In this document: positions 19,736 through 30,900 of the stretch, one piece after another
Layout: the number at the start of each line of letters is the position of its first letter
Position numbering within the stretch: position 1 is the first letter of the stretch
Source: an uncultured Acidobacteriota bacterium
GTDB lineage: Bacteria > Acidobacteriota > UBA6911 > RPQK01 > JAPXNP01
Direction: 5' to 3'
NCBI GenBank assembly: GCA_963777605.1
Contig: CAVZRV010000031.1
Span: 416,001-480,000 of the forward strand
Length of the DNA: 64,000 bases
Notes under the pieces: model-generated
What the model was told of the DNA's origin: nothing
Databases searched by the model: none
Seen by the model: the letters and a program-made list of their open reading frames with translations, nothing else
Translations under genes and position numbers: made by a program

Positions 19736-20032
19736 ATGATAAAAAAGCAGAACCGAGCGAAATCGAATCAAGTAAAAGTGACCTTCGTAGTGGACGACTA
19801 CGATGAAATGGGAAGGGTTTGTGTGGTGGGAGACTTCAACAACTGGACTCCTCAGCAGCACAACCTTGTGCGACGAAGCAACCGCACCCGAAGTGCCTCG
19901 GTCGATCTTCCGGCCGGGAAGCGATATGCCTTCCGGTACGTGGAAGACGGAGGCAATTGGTTCAACGACGAAGCAGCTGACGGCTGGGAACCCAACGGGT
20001 ACGGCACCGACAACTGCGTCATTCTAACCTGA
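19736..20032 (+). CDS. Isoamylase early-set/CBM48-like small protein
   Basis: VKVTF, VVGDFNNW, YAFRY, WFNDEAAD...NGYG..N. Confidence 0.85.
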   Translation: MIKKQNRAKSNQVKVTFVVDDYDEMGRVCVVGDFNNWTPQQHNLVRRSNRTRSASVDLPAGKRYAFRYVEDGGNWFNDEAADGWEPNGYGTDNCVILT

Positions 20033-20415
20033 CCCCTTTCCACGCCGCGGGGGGCACGATCACGGCATAGCTTTGGGACTCCCCCCAAACCTCCGCGCTC
20101 CCCGCGGCAAAATTCCGGCCTGAGGCTTCAGCCAAGCCCGCCCTTCCGCGTTGCGGAGATTATTCAGAGGGTGCAAATGGTCAAGTCCCAGACGAAAGTC
20201 GCGATTCTCCCGCATTTAGTACGCGAGTAAAGCGAGCGCGACTCCAGGCCTTCATCCGTTGTCCGTCTCGGATCTTGCCTCCATCCGAACGATTCCGGCC
20301 TGCGGCGTCACTTCCGCCGGGCAAGCTGCCCGGCCGCAATACCAGGCAGGGCTGCCTGGATTACTCTCCCTCCAGGACCGAGAGACCAGGAATTCAGCCC
20401 GATTGAAGTTTCAGG

Positions 20416-22330
20416 CTAACTCCGAGATCCGCGAACCGTCCGGACGAGGAACCAGGCGATCAGGACAAACACTGCAGCCGCGAGCAGTTGATCCCATTGG
20501 TCCAGCCAGGCCGGCCGAAATCCGGTGGGTCGAGCACCCACTATTCCCGCATAACCAGCCACGGCCACCCCCATCAATCCTTCACCCGCAATCAGTCCGG
20601 ACCCCAGCAGGACACCCTTGTCGGTGTGATCGTCGGGATCTTTTCCGTCCTTGCGGATTCTCCACTCGGTGAAGCTGCGCAGGCAGCCGCCGATGAACAC
20701 CGGCATCATGGAGGCCTCGGGCAGGTAAATCCCCACCGCAAACGGGAGTGCCGGGATCCCGAGGAGAGTGGCGACCAGCGACAGCGATGCGCCCACAAGG
20801 ACCAGTCCCCAGGGGAGATTTGCCTGCAACACACCCTCAATGACAGTCTTCATCAGAGTGGCCTGCGGAGCGGGCAGGTCGATCGATCCGAAGACCAGGT
20901 TCTCCCCCAGAAGAAGGATCGAAGCAGCCACGGCGAACGCAGCCGAAATGGCCCCGATCAACTCTACCGCCTGTTGCCTTGCCGGCGTCGCCCCGATGAT
21001 GTAACCGCATTTCAGGTCCTGGGAGATATCTCCGGCAATGGATGCCGCCACGCAGACGACGGTTCCGATGGTGAGAACGGTCGCCTTGCCGGCGTCATCG
21101 GTCCAGCCGAACAGGAAGAAGAGCAGGCTGGTTCCGAGCAGCGTCACGATCGCCATTCCTGAAGTGGGATTCGAAGTCACCCCCACCATCCCCACGATCC
21201 GGGACGAGACGGTGACGAACATGAACGCAGAAAAGGAGGATCATGACCGATCCGAAAACGCGAAACGGCACCGGCGCTCCAAGCCCGAGAACGAACGGAC
21301 TCAGGGCAGCAACCAGAAGGACGACCAGCGACCCGCCCAGCACAATGCTCATGGGGAGATCCCGCTCGGTTCGGAGTTGGACACGATCCGTCGTACGCCG
21401 TTCCCTGGTGAACCCACGCAACCCGTCAACCAGACTGCTGTACATCGTGGGAAGCGAACGAATCACGGTGAGTATGCCGGCAAACGCGACGGCTCCGGCA
21501 CCAATGTAGCGGATGTAGCGGGACCAGATTTCTCCGGGACTCATCTGGCTGATCAGGCGGGTGGTTTCCGGGAACATCGGCGCCTGCAGTGACTCTCCGA
21601 AATGAGCGATGATCGGGATCAAAGCCAGTGATGAAAGAAGTCCCCCGGCAACCATGATCGCCCCGATCCGATAGCCCAGAATGTAGCCAACTCCGAGCAG
21701 GGCGGGCATCGGCTCGAGCCCGACTTCCCCCTTGTTCAAAAGAGGGACCCGGACGTGGATTTCGCTGGCCCAAAGCTTGCCGAACTCCAGCAATGCCTTG
21801 TAGATCCCGCCCACACCAATGCCGATAAACACGTTTCGGGCCCGGGTTCCCCCGGAGTCGGCGGCGATCAGCACCTGCGCTGCCGCCGTCCCCTCCGGAT
21901 AGGGCAGCGTATCGTGCTCCTTGACGATCAGATAGGACCGCAGCGGAATCATGAAGAGGATCCCCAGCACTCCACCCAACATGGCCAGAAATCCGACCTG
22001 GAGGAGGTCCGGCTGGAGTCCCCACATGAAGAGGGCCGGGATGGTGAAGATCAACCCTGAAGCGATGGACGAGGCGGCCGATCCGCCGGTCTGGCTGATG
22101 TTGCACTCCAGGATGTTGGATGGACGGAATACTCTGCCGACAACCTTGAAAAGCGCCACGCTCATCACCGCCAGCGGAATCGAAGTGCTGATCGTGAGGC
22201 CGACCTTGAGGCCGAGATAGGCGTTGGCCGAGCCGAAGATCGCCCCGAAGATGATCCCCGCGACGGCCGCTCTGACGGTCAGATCGGGCAGACGGGTAGC
22301 TGAGGCCACGTAGGGTTTGAACTCTTTCAC
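20416..22330 (-). CDS. OPT family oligopeptide transporter (frameshift near 21230)
   Basis: NAYLGLKVGLTISTSIP, LPYPEGTA, SNPTSG, QDLK.G, PAPQATLM; split over two frames at CTTTTCTGCG. Confidence 0.9.
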
Positions 22331-22343
22331 GACACCTCCCTTG

Positions 22344-24290
22344 CTAGTTCAGATCGGTAAGCGCGCTTTGGAGAATCTCTTTCGTAGTGCGGTCTTCAAC
22401 CCAGGAAACAACGGAGAGACCGGAACGGTTGATCTGGGTCGGCTTTGACCGGAACCCCCCGAAGCCCTGGTACCGTTCGGGTGGATTTTCTGAAAAGTCA
22501 TCGAGGTACTTGAGGAGATCTTTCTCGAGCTGAACGAGATCGATCTGGTAATCGACTTTGGCCCTTCCCTCCTTGAGTTGGGCATTCGGAGCATCCGGGT
22601 CACTGAGATCGCGTACTACGTAGGCATGATGTCGGATTCCGTTGCCCCCTTCATAGTCAACCGACTTCTCTACCAGGGCGATCCGGATCGTACCGGAGAC
22701 CGGAGAGGAGGCACCACTCCCATCGGCATCGACCGTTACCGAGACCCGGTCCTTTTCCCGGCGGGCCGCCAGTTCCAGGCGAACCGTGGGAGCAATCGAC
22801 CAGCGTTTCTCAACCGCCTCCGAGTACTTCAGGAACATTGACTTCTTGAGAATCGGCGGCCCTCCGCCACCGATTCGGTCCGTTCCATCAAACCAAACCG
22901 TCGGCGTGCCCCCCGCGCCGTAGTACTGGTAACGGTTTACGGTACCGCTGGTCGTCAGCGGATCGGGACGGGGTATGTGAACGTGGTATTCGAGGATGGC
23001 GACGCTCCCACGCGGGTAGTAATGAGCGACGAGGTCCATTGCGAGATCGGCCGACTGGCAAGGATTGCACTCCGCGCCGGTAAATAACTCCACGAGCGGA
23101 ACTCGATCCGTCTCGGAGAGGTTCCCGCTGTAGGTTCCCGGATCGAATGACTCCAGTCGAGCCTTTTCCGTGCCGACCAGTTGCTGGATCTCGACATCGG
23201 TGGCTCCAAGCGCGTTGAGTTCGGAAGAGATCAACTCGCTGTCGCCGACCAGGAGCGGTTGGAGGAGTGCTTGCCGGGCTTTCTCGGGCTGTTCCGAAAG
23301 CCGGTAAGCCTTCCCGACAGCGAACCAGAAAGCGAGGTCCCAGGGTGTCCGAGCAGCCTGCTGAGAGGCCAGCGTGTTGATCGCTGCGGAGTACCGTCCC
23401 TGTGCAATGTAGACCTGCGCCAGATTTACTTCCGCATCCGAGACTTCGTTCAGCTGAGCGGGCTTGAGCGCTTTCAGCTGATTGATCGCCGTGTGGGCAA
23501 GTGATTCGGCCCGCCCAAGGTCGATTCCCGCCAGCGCCAGGAGAAGAGCTGCCCGGGTCTTTCGCTCTGGAGTGTCACTCTCGCGAAGGAAATCCTCGAT
23601 CAGCGGCGTCGTGACCTGCTCAGCCACTTCAGGGCCTTCCGACAGCGCCCAACGCGGAAGATGCTGGTATGCGTCTTCGTCATCTCCCAGAAGGATAGCC
23701 CGCGAACCATTCTCGAGAGCCTGCAGCGGCTTGCCGTCCTCGTACTGATACAGCGCCAGCCGGCCAATCAGGTCGCCACGCTTATCCTGCAGGCCGACCG
23801 CCTCATCCTGGTACTGCTCGGCTTCCTCCAGCTTTCGTTCCCGGTAGAGAACGAAGGCCAGTCCATCCAGGTAGCCGGCCAGGGCACTTCCATTTTCAGC
23901 CCGGGCGTGCTCAACGGCCTCACGCGCGAGACTCTCAGCGTAATCGAGGGCGATGCCGTGTTCCGCCAGGGAGCGCGCTACATAGATCCGAAGCGGATCC
24001 CGGCGCTTTTCGGCCACGCTATCCAGGTAAGCGCGGGCGGCCTCCTCGGCAACCGGTCCGTTGTTCGCCTCGACGGCACTCCGAAAAAAAAGCCGCACGA
24101 CCTCGTTTTGGTCCTTGCTGTCGGGGAAACGGTCAAGGAACTCACGGGCCAACTGGACCTTTTCCTGGGGAGATTTGCTGTCTCGAATCAGCTGGAACTG
24201 CTCCTGCTCGCTGGCACTCTGGCAGGACGAGAATAAAAGGATACTCGAACACAGACAAAGAACGAGAATGATACGCGCTCGTTTGGACAT
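22344..24290 (-). CDS. TPR lipoprotein with C-terminal thioredoxin-like (Omp28-like) domain
   Basis: Lipobox-like FSSC; helical TPR repeats; LVELFTGAECNPC, GTPTVWFDG, HHAYVVR. Confidence 0.8.
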   Translation of the reverse strand: MSKRARIILVLCLCSSILLFSSCQSASEQEQFQLIRDSKSPQEKVQLAREFLDRFPDSKDQNEVVRLFFRSAVEANNGPVAEEAARAYLDSVAEKRRDPLRIYVARSLAEHGIALDYAESLAREAVEHARAENGSALAGYLDGLAFVLYRERKLEEAEQYQDEAVGLQDKRGDLIGRLALYQYEDGKPLQALENGSRAILLGDDEDAYQHLPRWALSEGPEVAEQVTTPLIEDFLRESDTPERKTRAALLLALAGIDLGRAESLAHTAINQLKALKPAQLNEVSDAEVNLAQVYIAQGRYSAAINTLASQQAARTPWDLAFWFAVGKAYRLSEQPEKARQALLQPLLVGDSELISSELNALGATDVEIQQLVGTEKARLESFDPGTYSGNLSETDRVPLVELFTGAECNPCQSADLAMDLVAHYYPRGSVAILEYHVHIPRPDPLTTSGTVNRYQYYGAGGTPTVWFDGTDRIGGGGPPILKKSMFLKYSEAVEKRWSIAPTVRLELAARREKDRVSVTVDADGSGASSPVSGTIRIALVEKSVDYEGGNGIRHHAYVVRDLSDPDAPNAQLKEGRAKVDYQIDLVQLEKDLLKYLDDFSENPPERYQGFGGFRSKPTQINRSGLSVVSWVEDRTTKEILQSALTDLN

Positions 24291-24660
24291 CAGTTTTCCG
24301 AGAATACCCGCCCTTGCTACCCCGCATCAAGGTCCAGGGAAGCGATCCTCTCTCTTATCTGGAAGCGACCTCGGACCGAGTTGGACATTCGTGCACAATC
24401 GACCTGGCAACAGAACCCATCTTCAGGCTGGAAACCGGAGATGGAGAAGGATTCGGGAACACCTGATGAACGAATTGGCCGGATGGGGCAACCTAAGGGC
24501 AACGAAGAGCCAACTTACGGTGAGAAACTCACCAGGAAGCTGACTCGCTCATGGTCTGGTCACCCTGCCCATATCGGGTGCGGAACCGGGACCTTGTAAG
24601 GGCCTCCGTCGCGCCCTCCAGAAGCCGTTGGCACACCTCGCCGCTGCAGCGCGTTCCATC

Positions 24661-24689
24661 TTGCTTAGCACTTGCCCATAACGTACAAT
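24661..24689 (+). promoter_or_regulatory. Sigma70-type promoter for aspC-pckA
   Basis: TTGCTT-N17-TACAAT about 75 bp upstream of the ATG. Confidence 0.65.
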
Positions 24690-24762
24690 TCACAAGCGGT
24701 AACCTGCGCCTGTTTTACTCCACACCGGTTAATTGAGTTGCCAAGTTTGGAGATGGGGAAAG

Positions 24763-25980
24763 ATGAGCATAAGCCAAATAGCACGTAGTATTTCGCAGTC
24801 TGCCACGCTCAAGTTGAACGAGACGGCAGCGGTTCTTCGCGCCAAGGGAGAACCCGTAATTCACCTCGGAGGCGGCGAGCCCAAAACAAAGGCTCCGCTG
24901 GACGCACTGACGACGGCCGCTTCGAAACTGATGACGGGAGAAATCCGGTACACCCCGGTTGACGGAATTCCGGAACTCAAGAAGGCTATCATCAGGTACA
25001 CCGAAGAGTATTACGACCGTCACGTCGCTCCGGAGAACGTCATCGCTTCGGGAGGAGCCAAGCAGGCGATCATGGTTGCCCTCCAGGCAGTCCTGAATCC
25101 CCAGGACGAAGTGGTCTTCCCGGTTCCCTACTGGGTGAGCTACCCCGAGATGGTGAAACTTTGCGGAGCAGTTCCCGTTCCCGTGGAGTCGGAGGACGGC
25201 ACCTTCTACCCGCGTATCGAAGACATCGAGCGCAAAGTCAGTTCCCGGACGAAGGCGATCATCATCAACAGCCCAAACAACCCGAGTGGCGCGATGTACT
25301 CGGCCGAGTTCATATCAGACATCGTCCAGTTTTGTGAGAAGCGGGACATCTACCTGATCATGGACGACATTTACCACCGGCTGATCTTCGACGACCGGAG
25401 ACTCATCAACTGCTACGGGTTTCAGAAAAAGAAGGGCGAGAACTCAAAGCTCATCGTCGTCAACGGTGTTTCCAAGCAATATGCGATGACCGGCTTCAGG
25501 GTGGGTTGGGCCGTTGCGAACCGGAAACTGGTCGAAACGATGGCGAATATTCAGGGGCACCAGACCTCAGGTCCTTCCGCGGTGGTTCAGTGGGCAGCCG
25601 TCGGTGCGCTCAACGGACTCCAGTCAGGCGTGGAGAGTCTCCGCCTCAATCTGGAGAATGCGCGCAACGTCCTGATTTCCCGGATTCGCACGATCGACGG
25701 CGCAAAAATCACGCCGCCTGACGGGACCTTCTACTCGTTCGTTGACTTCCGCGCCTACGAGAAGAATTCCACGAAACTCGCCGAGTTGCTGCTCGAGAAA
25801 GTCATGGTGGTTACCGTTCCCGGAGTCGAGTTCGGCATGGACGGTCACCTGAGAATGAGCTTCTGCGGAACCATTAAGGACATCACCGAAGGCGTCGAGC
25901 GAATCAAATGGGTGGTCGATCCGAACGCCCCCAACGAACTCTTCATCGGCGACCGCAAGCTCGTGAGGGATTGGTCATGA
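24763..25980 (+). CDS. aspC: Aspartate aminotransferase (class I/II PLP enzyme)
   Basis: GGGEP, GGAKQA, PYWVSYPE, NSPNNPSG, DDIY, SKQYAMTGFRVG. Confidence 0.9.
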   Translation: MSISQIARSISQSATLKLNETAAVLRAKGEPVIHLGGGEPKTKAPLDALTTAASKLMTGEIRYTPVDGIPELKKAIIRYTEEYYDRHVAPENVIASGGAKQAIMVALQAVLNPQDEVVFPVPYWVSYPEMVKLCGAVPVPVESEDGTFYPRIEDIERKVSSRTKAIIINSPNNPSGAMYSAEFISDIVQFCEKRDIYLIMDDIYHRLIFDDRRLINCYGFQKKKGENSKLIVVNGVSKQYAMTGFRVGWAVANRKLVETMANIQGHQTSGPSAVVQWAAVGALNGLQSGVESLRLNLENARNVLISRIRTIDGAKITPPDGTFYSFVDFRAYEKNSTKLAELLLEKVMVVTVPGVEFGMDGHLRMSFCGTIKDITEGVERIKWVVDPNAPNELFIGDRKLVRDWS

Positions 25981-27698
25981 CATTTAAGATGGAAAGTCCC
26001 GCTTCACGGCAGGCGGGCGACCTGGCCAGCGTTTTCGGCCTTCAGAACCACGGCCTCACATACCTGAACCGGGTCTACTGGAACCTGCCTGCTGCAGCTC
26101 TGTACGAGGAGTCAATCCACCGCAGGGAAGGCGTCATGACTGCGGGTGGGCCGCTTCTCGTAAACACCAAGCCCCACACCGCCCGGGCGGCAGCGGACAA
26201 GTTCGTCGTCAAAGAGGAATCCACCGCCGACAAGATCTGGTGGGGGGAGCACAACCGCCCCTTCAGCACCGAGAAGTTCAACGCCCTGCGCAGCCGGCTT
26301 CAGGCCTTTCTCCAGGGCCGCGATCTGTTCGTGCAGGACTGTTTCGTCGGCGCCGATCCTGATTACCAGATGCCGATTCGGATCATCACCGAAAAGGCCT
26401 GGCACAGCCTGTTTGCGCGGAACATGTTCATCACCACGAATGATCCCGACAGGCTGAAATGCCACGTGCCCGAGTTCACCGTGATGAGCATACCCTCCTT
26501 CAAGGTGGATCCAAGGATTGACGGCACCCGGTCGGAAACCGCGATTCTGCTGAATTTCGCCCAGCGCCTGGGGCTCGTCTGCAATTCTCTTTACGGTGGC
26601 GAAATCAAGAAGTCGATCTTCACCGTGCTTAATTTCCTGCTTCCCCTGGAGGGCGTCATGGCGATGCACTGCTCCGCCAACGTCGGCGCGAAGGGAGATC
26701 CGGCGCTCTTCTTCGGGCTCTCCGGAACCGGCAAGACGACCCTTTCCGCCGACCCGAACCGCAGTCTTATCGGGGACGACGAGCACGGCTGGAGCAACCA
26801 GGGAGTGTTCAACTTCGAGGCAGGCTGTTATGCCAAGGTTATCCGCCTGTCCGAGGAGAACGAACCGGAGATCTACTCCTGCACAAAGCGGTTCGGCACG
26901 ATTCTCGAGAATCTCGTATTCGACCCGACGACGAGGAACATCGATCTCGATGACGACCTGGTAACCGAGAACACGCGGGCATCCTACCCGCTCGATTTCA
27001 TTCCCAATGCCGTTCCGGAACGGATGGCAAGAAGCCACCCCAAGAATGTAGTTTTCCTGACCTGTGACGCCTCCGGAGTTCTACCTCCGATATCCCGGCT
27101 TTCGCCGAGTCAAGCCATGTACCATTTCATCAGTGGCTACACCTCAAAGATTGCCGGAACGGAAATCGGACTTGGCGTCGAGCCGAAGATCACGTTCAGT
27201 GCATGCTTCGGTGCCCCTTTCATGGTCCATCATCCATTCGAGTACGCGCGCATCCTGAGTGGGAAGCTGGCCGCTCACAATGCCAACTGCTGGCTGGTCA
27301 ACACGGGCTGGACCGGTGGCTCCTTTGGAATCGGGAAGCGGATCAGCATCCGACACACCCGCAACATTCTGAATGCCGCTCTCGAGGGCAAACTGGACAA
27401 GATCAAGTTCCGCAAGGACAAGCTTTTCGGCTTCGAAATTCCCACCAGCTGCCCGGACGTCCCCAACGAAATCCTCGATCCCTCTACGAGTTGGGGGAGC
27501 AAGGATGAGTACTGGAAAAAGTACGACGCGCTGGCCGCTCTCTACATCGAGAATTTCAAGCTCTTCAAGGCCGGCTGCCCTGACGAAGTGCTCAAGGCGG
27601 GCCCGAAAAGGCTGCAGTCCTGTGTGCCTGGGGCCACGGTCACCCATCAAGAATCAGCCCTGAAGTTGTGCTGTCGGACAGGGATCCGTGCACCTTAA
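25977..27698 (+). CDS. pckA: Phosphoenolpyruvate carboxykinase (ATP)
   Basis: YGGEIKKS, MHCSAN, FFGLSGTGKTTLS, LIGDDEHGW, TENTRASYP, FSACFGAPF; ATGA overlap with aspC. Confidence 0.96.
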   Translation: MTFKMESPASRQAGDLASVFGLQNHGLTYLNRVYWNLPAAALYEESIHRREGVMTAGGPLLVNTKPHTARAAADKFVVKEESTADKIWWGEHNRPFSTEKFNALRSRLQAFLQGRDLFVQDCFVGADPDYQMPIRIITEKAWHSLFARNMFITTNDPDRLKCHVPEFTVMSIPSFKVDPRIDGTRSETAILLNFAQRLGLVCNSLYGGEIKKSIFTVLNFLLPLEGVMAMHCSANVGAKGDPALFFGLSGTGKTTLSADPNRSLIGDDEHGWSNQGVFNFEAGCYAKVIRLSEENEPEIYSCTKRFGTILENLVFDPTTRNIDLDDDLVTENTRASYPLDFIPNAVPERMARSHPKNVVFLTCDASGVLPPISRLSPSQAMYHFISGYTSKIAGTEIGLGVEPKITFSACFGAPFMVHHPFEYARILSGKLAAHNANCWLVNTGWTGGSFGIGKRISIRHTRNILNAALEGKLDKIKFRKDKLFGFEIPTSCPDVPNEILDPSTSWGSKDEYWKKYDALAALYIENFKLFKAGCPDEVLKAGPKRLQSCVPGATVTHQESALKLCCRTGIRAP

Positions 27699-27945
27699 GC
27701 CGCATGAAGTGCAGGCCACAGGTGGCGGGGCAAGTCGTACCGCAAGATGAACTCGGGCGGCTGACGGCCGGAGACATCATGCGCCGTGCAGGTCCAGATT
27801 CATCGTTCAGACAGGAGAGATTGCGTTTTCGACGGCTCCGAATAATGCGAGTTCAATCGAACGTTGGCATCGGAGGGACCGGCGTGCATCGACGTCCGAC
27901 TTCGATGCGATAATTCTTTTTTTGCCTGAAGGGGAAGGAGTCAGG

Positions 27946-30900
27946 ATGAACGTGGTGCATTACTTTCGCAGTCCGGGATTTTCCTCCGAACAACGCCGAT
28001 CCCTGCTGAACCAGATCCGGCTCCAGATCTCAACGGCCATCGAAACTCTCGCGACCGAGTTCTGCTTCAACGTGCAGCTTTCGGCTCCCCTTGATTCCCG
28101 CGAAGAGGCTTTGCTGACCTGGCTTCTGTCCGAGACCTTCGAACCGGCCAGGTTTTCAAGGGAAAGCTTCCTCGGATCCTCTCCGGGCGTCGTGGAGGTT
28201 GGCCCTCGGCTGAGTTTCAACACCGCCTGGTGCACCAACGCGGTCTCCATCTTTCACGCCTGCGGGCTCGACAAGGTCCGTAAGATCGAGCGCTCTCGCC
28301 GCTACCGCCTCTCCGGTTCAGCGTCCCGCGATGAATCGATTCTCCAGGCGTTTGCCGCACTGGTTCACGACCGGATGACGGAGTGCGTTTACGCGGAACC
28401 GCTGGGAACTTTTGAAAGCGGCATGGAACCGGAACGGCCGATGGAAGTGCCGGTCATGGCGGAAGGAAGATCCGCCCTGGAAGAATTGAACCGGTCCGCC
28501 GGGCTGGCTTTTGACGACTGGGACCTGGACTACTACACGCAACTCTTCCGTGATGTCCTCAGGAGAAACCCGACGGATGTCGAGTGCTTCGACATCGCGC
28601 AGTCCAACAGCGAACACTCGCGCCACTGGTTTTTCAAGGGAAGGCTGATCATCGATGGGACCGAGGTGCCCGGGCACCTCCTCGGCCTGGTCAAGAAACC
28701 GCTGGACATCAATCCGAGCAACAGCACGATCGCGTTCCGGGACAACTCCAGTGCCATCAGGGGATATCGAGCTGCCACGATCCTTCCCGAAACGCCGGGC
28801 CATCCCTGCCGGTTCCTCGAGAGGGACGTCGATTACGACATCACTTTTTCGGCAGAGACCCACAATTTCCCCTCGGGTGTGGCCCCTTTCCCGGGAGCCG
28901 AGACGGGGACCGGCGGGCGAATTCGCGATGTCCACGCTACCGGCCGGGGTTCTCTCGTGGTTGCCGGCACGGCCGCCTACTGCGTCGGGAACCTCTACAT
29001 TCCAGGCTATTCTCTGCCCTGGGAGGATCCCACCTTCCGCTACCCCTCAAACCTGGCATCCCCGCTTCGGATCGAAATTGAGGCCAGCAACGGCGCCTCC
29101 GACTACGGCAACAAGTTCGGAGAACCGGTGATCAACGGTTACACCCGATCGTTCGCCTTGCGCCTGCCCAGTGGTGAGCGTCGCGAGTGGATCAAGCCGA
29201 TCATGTTCTCCGGCGGGATCGGCCAGATGAGCGCCCATCACCGCACCAAGGAGGATCCCGGGGTCGGGATGTGGGTCGTGAAGATCGGCGGACCGGCCTA
29301 CCGCATCGGGATGGGTGGGGGAGCCGCCTCCAGCATGGTCCAGGGTGAGAACGTCGCCGAACTCGATTTCAATGCGGTTCAGCGAGGGGACGCGGAAATG
29401 GAGCAAAAGGTCAACCGCGTCATCCGGGCCTGCGTCGAACTGGGAGACCGCAACCCGATCGTCAGCATCCACGACCAGGGCGCCGGCGGCAACTGCAACG
29501 TTCTCAAGGAGATCGTCAACCCGGCCGGGGCCAGGGTTGAAATCCGCTCGATCCCCGTCGGGGACGAGACCCTTTCGGTTCTCGAAATCTGGGTGGCCGA
29601 ATACCAGGAGCAGGACGCACTTTTGCTCCGGGACGAACATGCCGCCCTCTTTCGCCGCCTGTGTGAACGGGAGAAGGTGCCGGTCGCTTTCGTTGGGAGA
29701 ATCACGGGAGACGGGCGAATCGTAGTCCACGACGAACGGGACGGATCCACGCCGGTCAACCTGGAACTGGACCGGGTCCTTGGAGACATGCCGAGAAAGG
29801 TTTTTCGGGACCAGCGCGTTGAGCCTCACCGCTCGGCCCTCGATCTTCCTGAAGACCTGTCCGTCGGCGAAGCCCTGGAACGAGTCCTTCGCCTCCTGTC
29901 GGTCGGCTCCAAACGATTTCTGACCAATAAGGTCGACCGCAGTGTCACCGGACTGGTTGCCCGCCAGCAGTGCGTGGGTCCACTTCAGTTGACCACCTCG
30001 AACTGTGCGGTTATTGCCCAAAGCCATTTCGGGACGACCGGAGCCGCCACGTCGATCGGGGAGAAGCCTGTCCTGAGTCTCCTCGATCCTTCCGCCATGG
30101 CCCGAATGTGCCTGGGTGAGATGCTCACCAACTTGGTCTGGGCCCGGATCAGTTCACTGGAGCATGTCAAGTGTTCCGGCAACTGGATGTGGGCAGCAAA
30201 ACTGGCGGGTGAAGGGTCTGCCCTCTACGACGCAGCGCTGGCTCTCAGCGATGCCCTGATCGACCTCGGGATTGCCATCGACGGCGGCAAAGACAGCCTT
30301 TCGATGGCGGCACTGGCTCCCGCTCCAGGCGGCGAAGGAGATGAAACCGTGAAAGCGCCGGGAGCGCTGGTCCTTTCGGGGTACGCAACCTGCCCGGACG
30401 TCAACCAGGTCGTCACCCCGGACCTCAAGAAACCGGGAGAGAGTTGCCTCGTGCTGGTCGATCTCGGTAACGGTCGGAACCGGCTTGGTGGATCGTCACT
30501 GGCCCATGTCTTCGGCCAGGTCGGCGACATCCCTCCCGACCTCGATGACACCTCCCAGCTCAAGCGTGCATTCAGCGAGATCCAGTCGCTAATCTCAGAA
30601 GGCAGGCTTCTGGCCGGCCACGATCGCAGCGACGGGGGACTGATCACGACCTTGCTGGAAATGGCCTTCTCGGGCAATTGCGGGATCGACATCGCCCTCG
30701 AGGGGGCGGATTCGGTCGGGGACCTGGACGTGCTGTTCAGCGAAGAACTTGGGCTTGTCCTCGAAGTCGCCACCGAAAACCTCGAGTCCCTGCTCGCAAG
30801 ATTCCGGCAGGCCGGACTCCCGTGCGAACTCATCGGTCAGACCCATGAAGATCCTGGAATTCGGGTGACCCGTAACGGAAAGGTGCTTTTGGACGACGAC

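Noticed and set aside
21225-21240. OPT transporter frameshift as programmed frameshifting or a true pseudogene
   Set aside because: Both halves are otherwise intact with no internal stops. Similar single-base shifts at ~46610, ~62295 and ~63675 point to read or assembly indels, and no canonical slippery heptamer with downstream structure was seen.
27600-27698. Cys-rich C-terminal extension on PckA
   Set aside because: Short and unremarkable; could come from stop-codon drift or an indel. No evidence of function.
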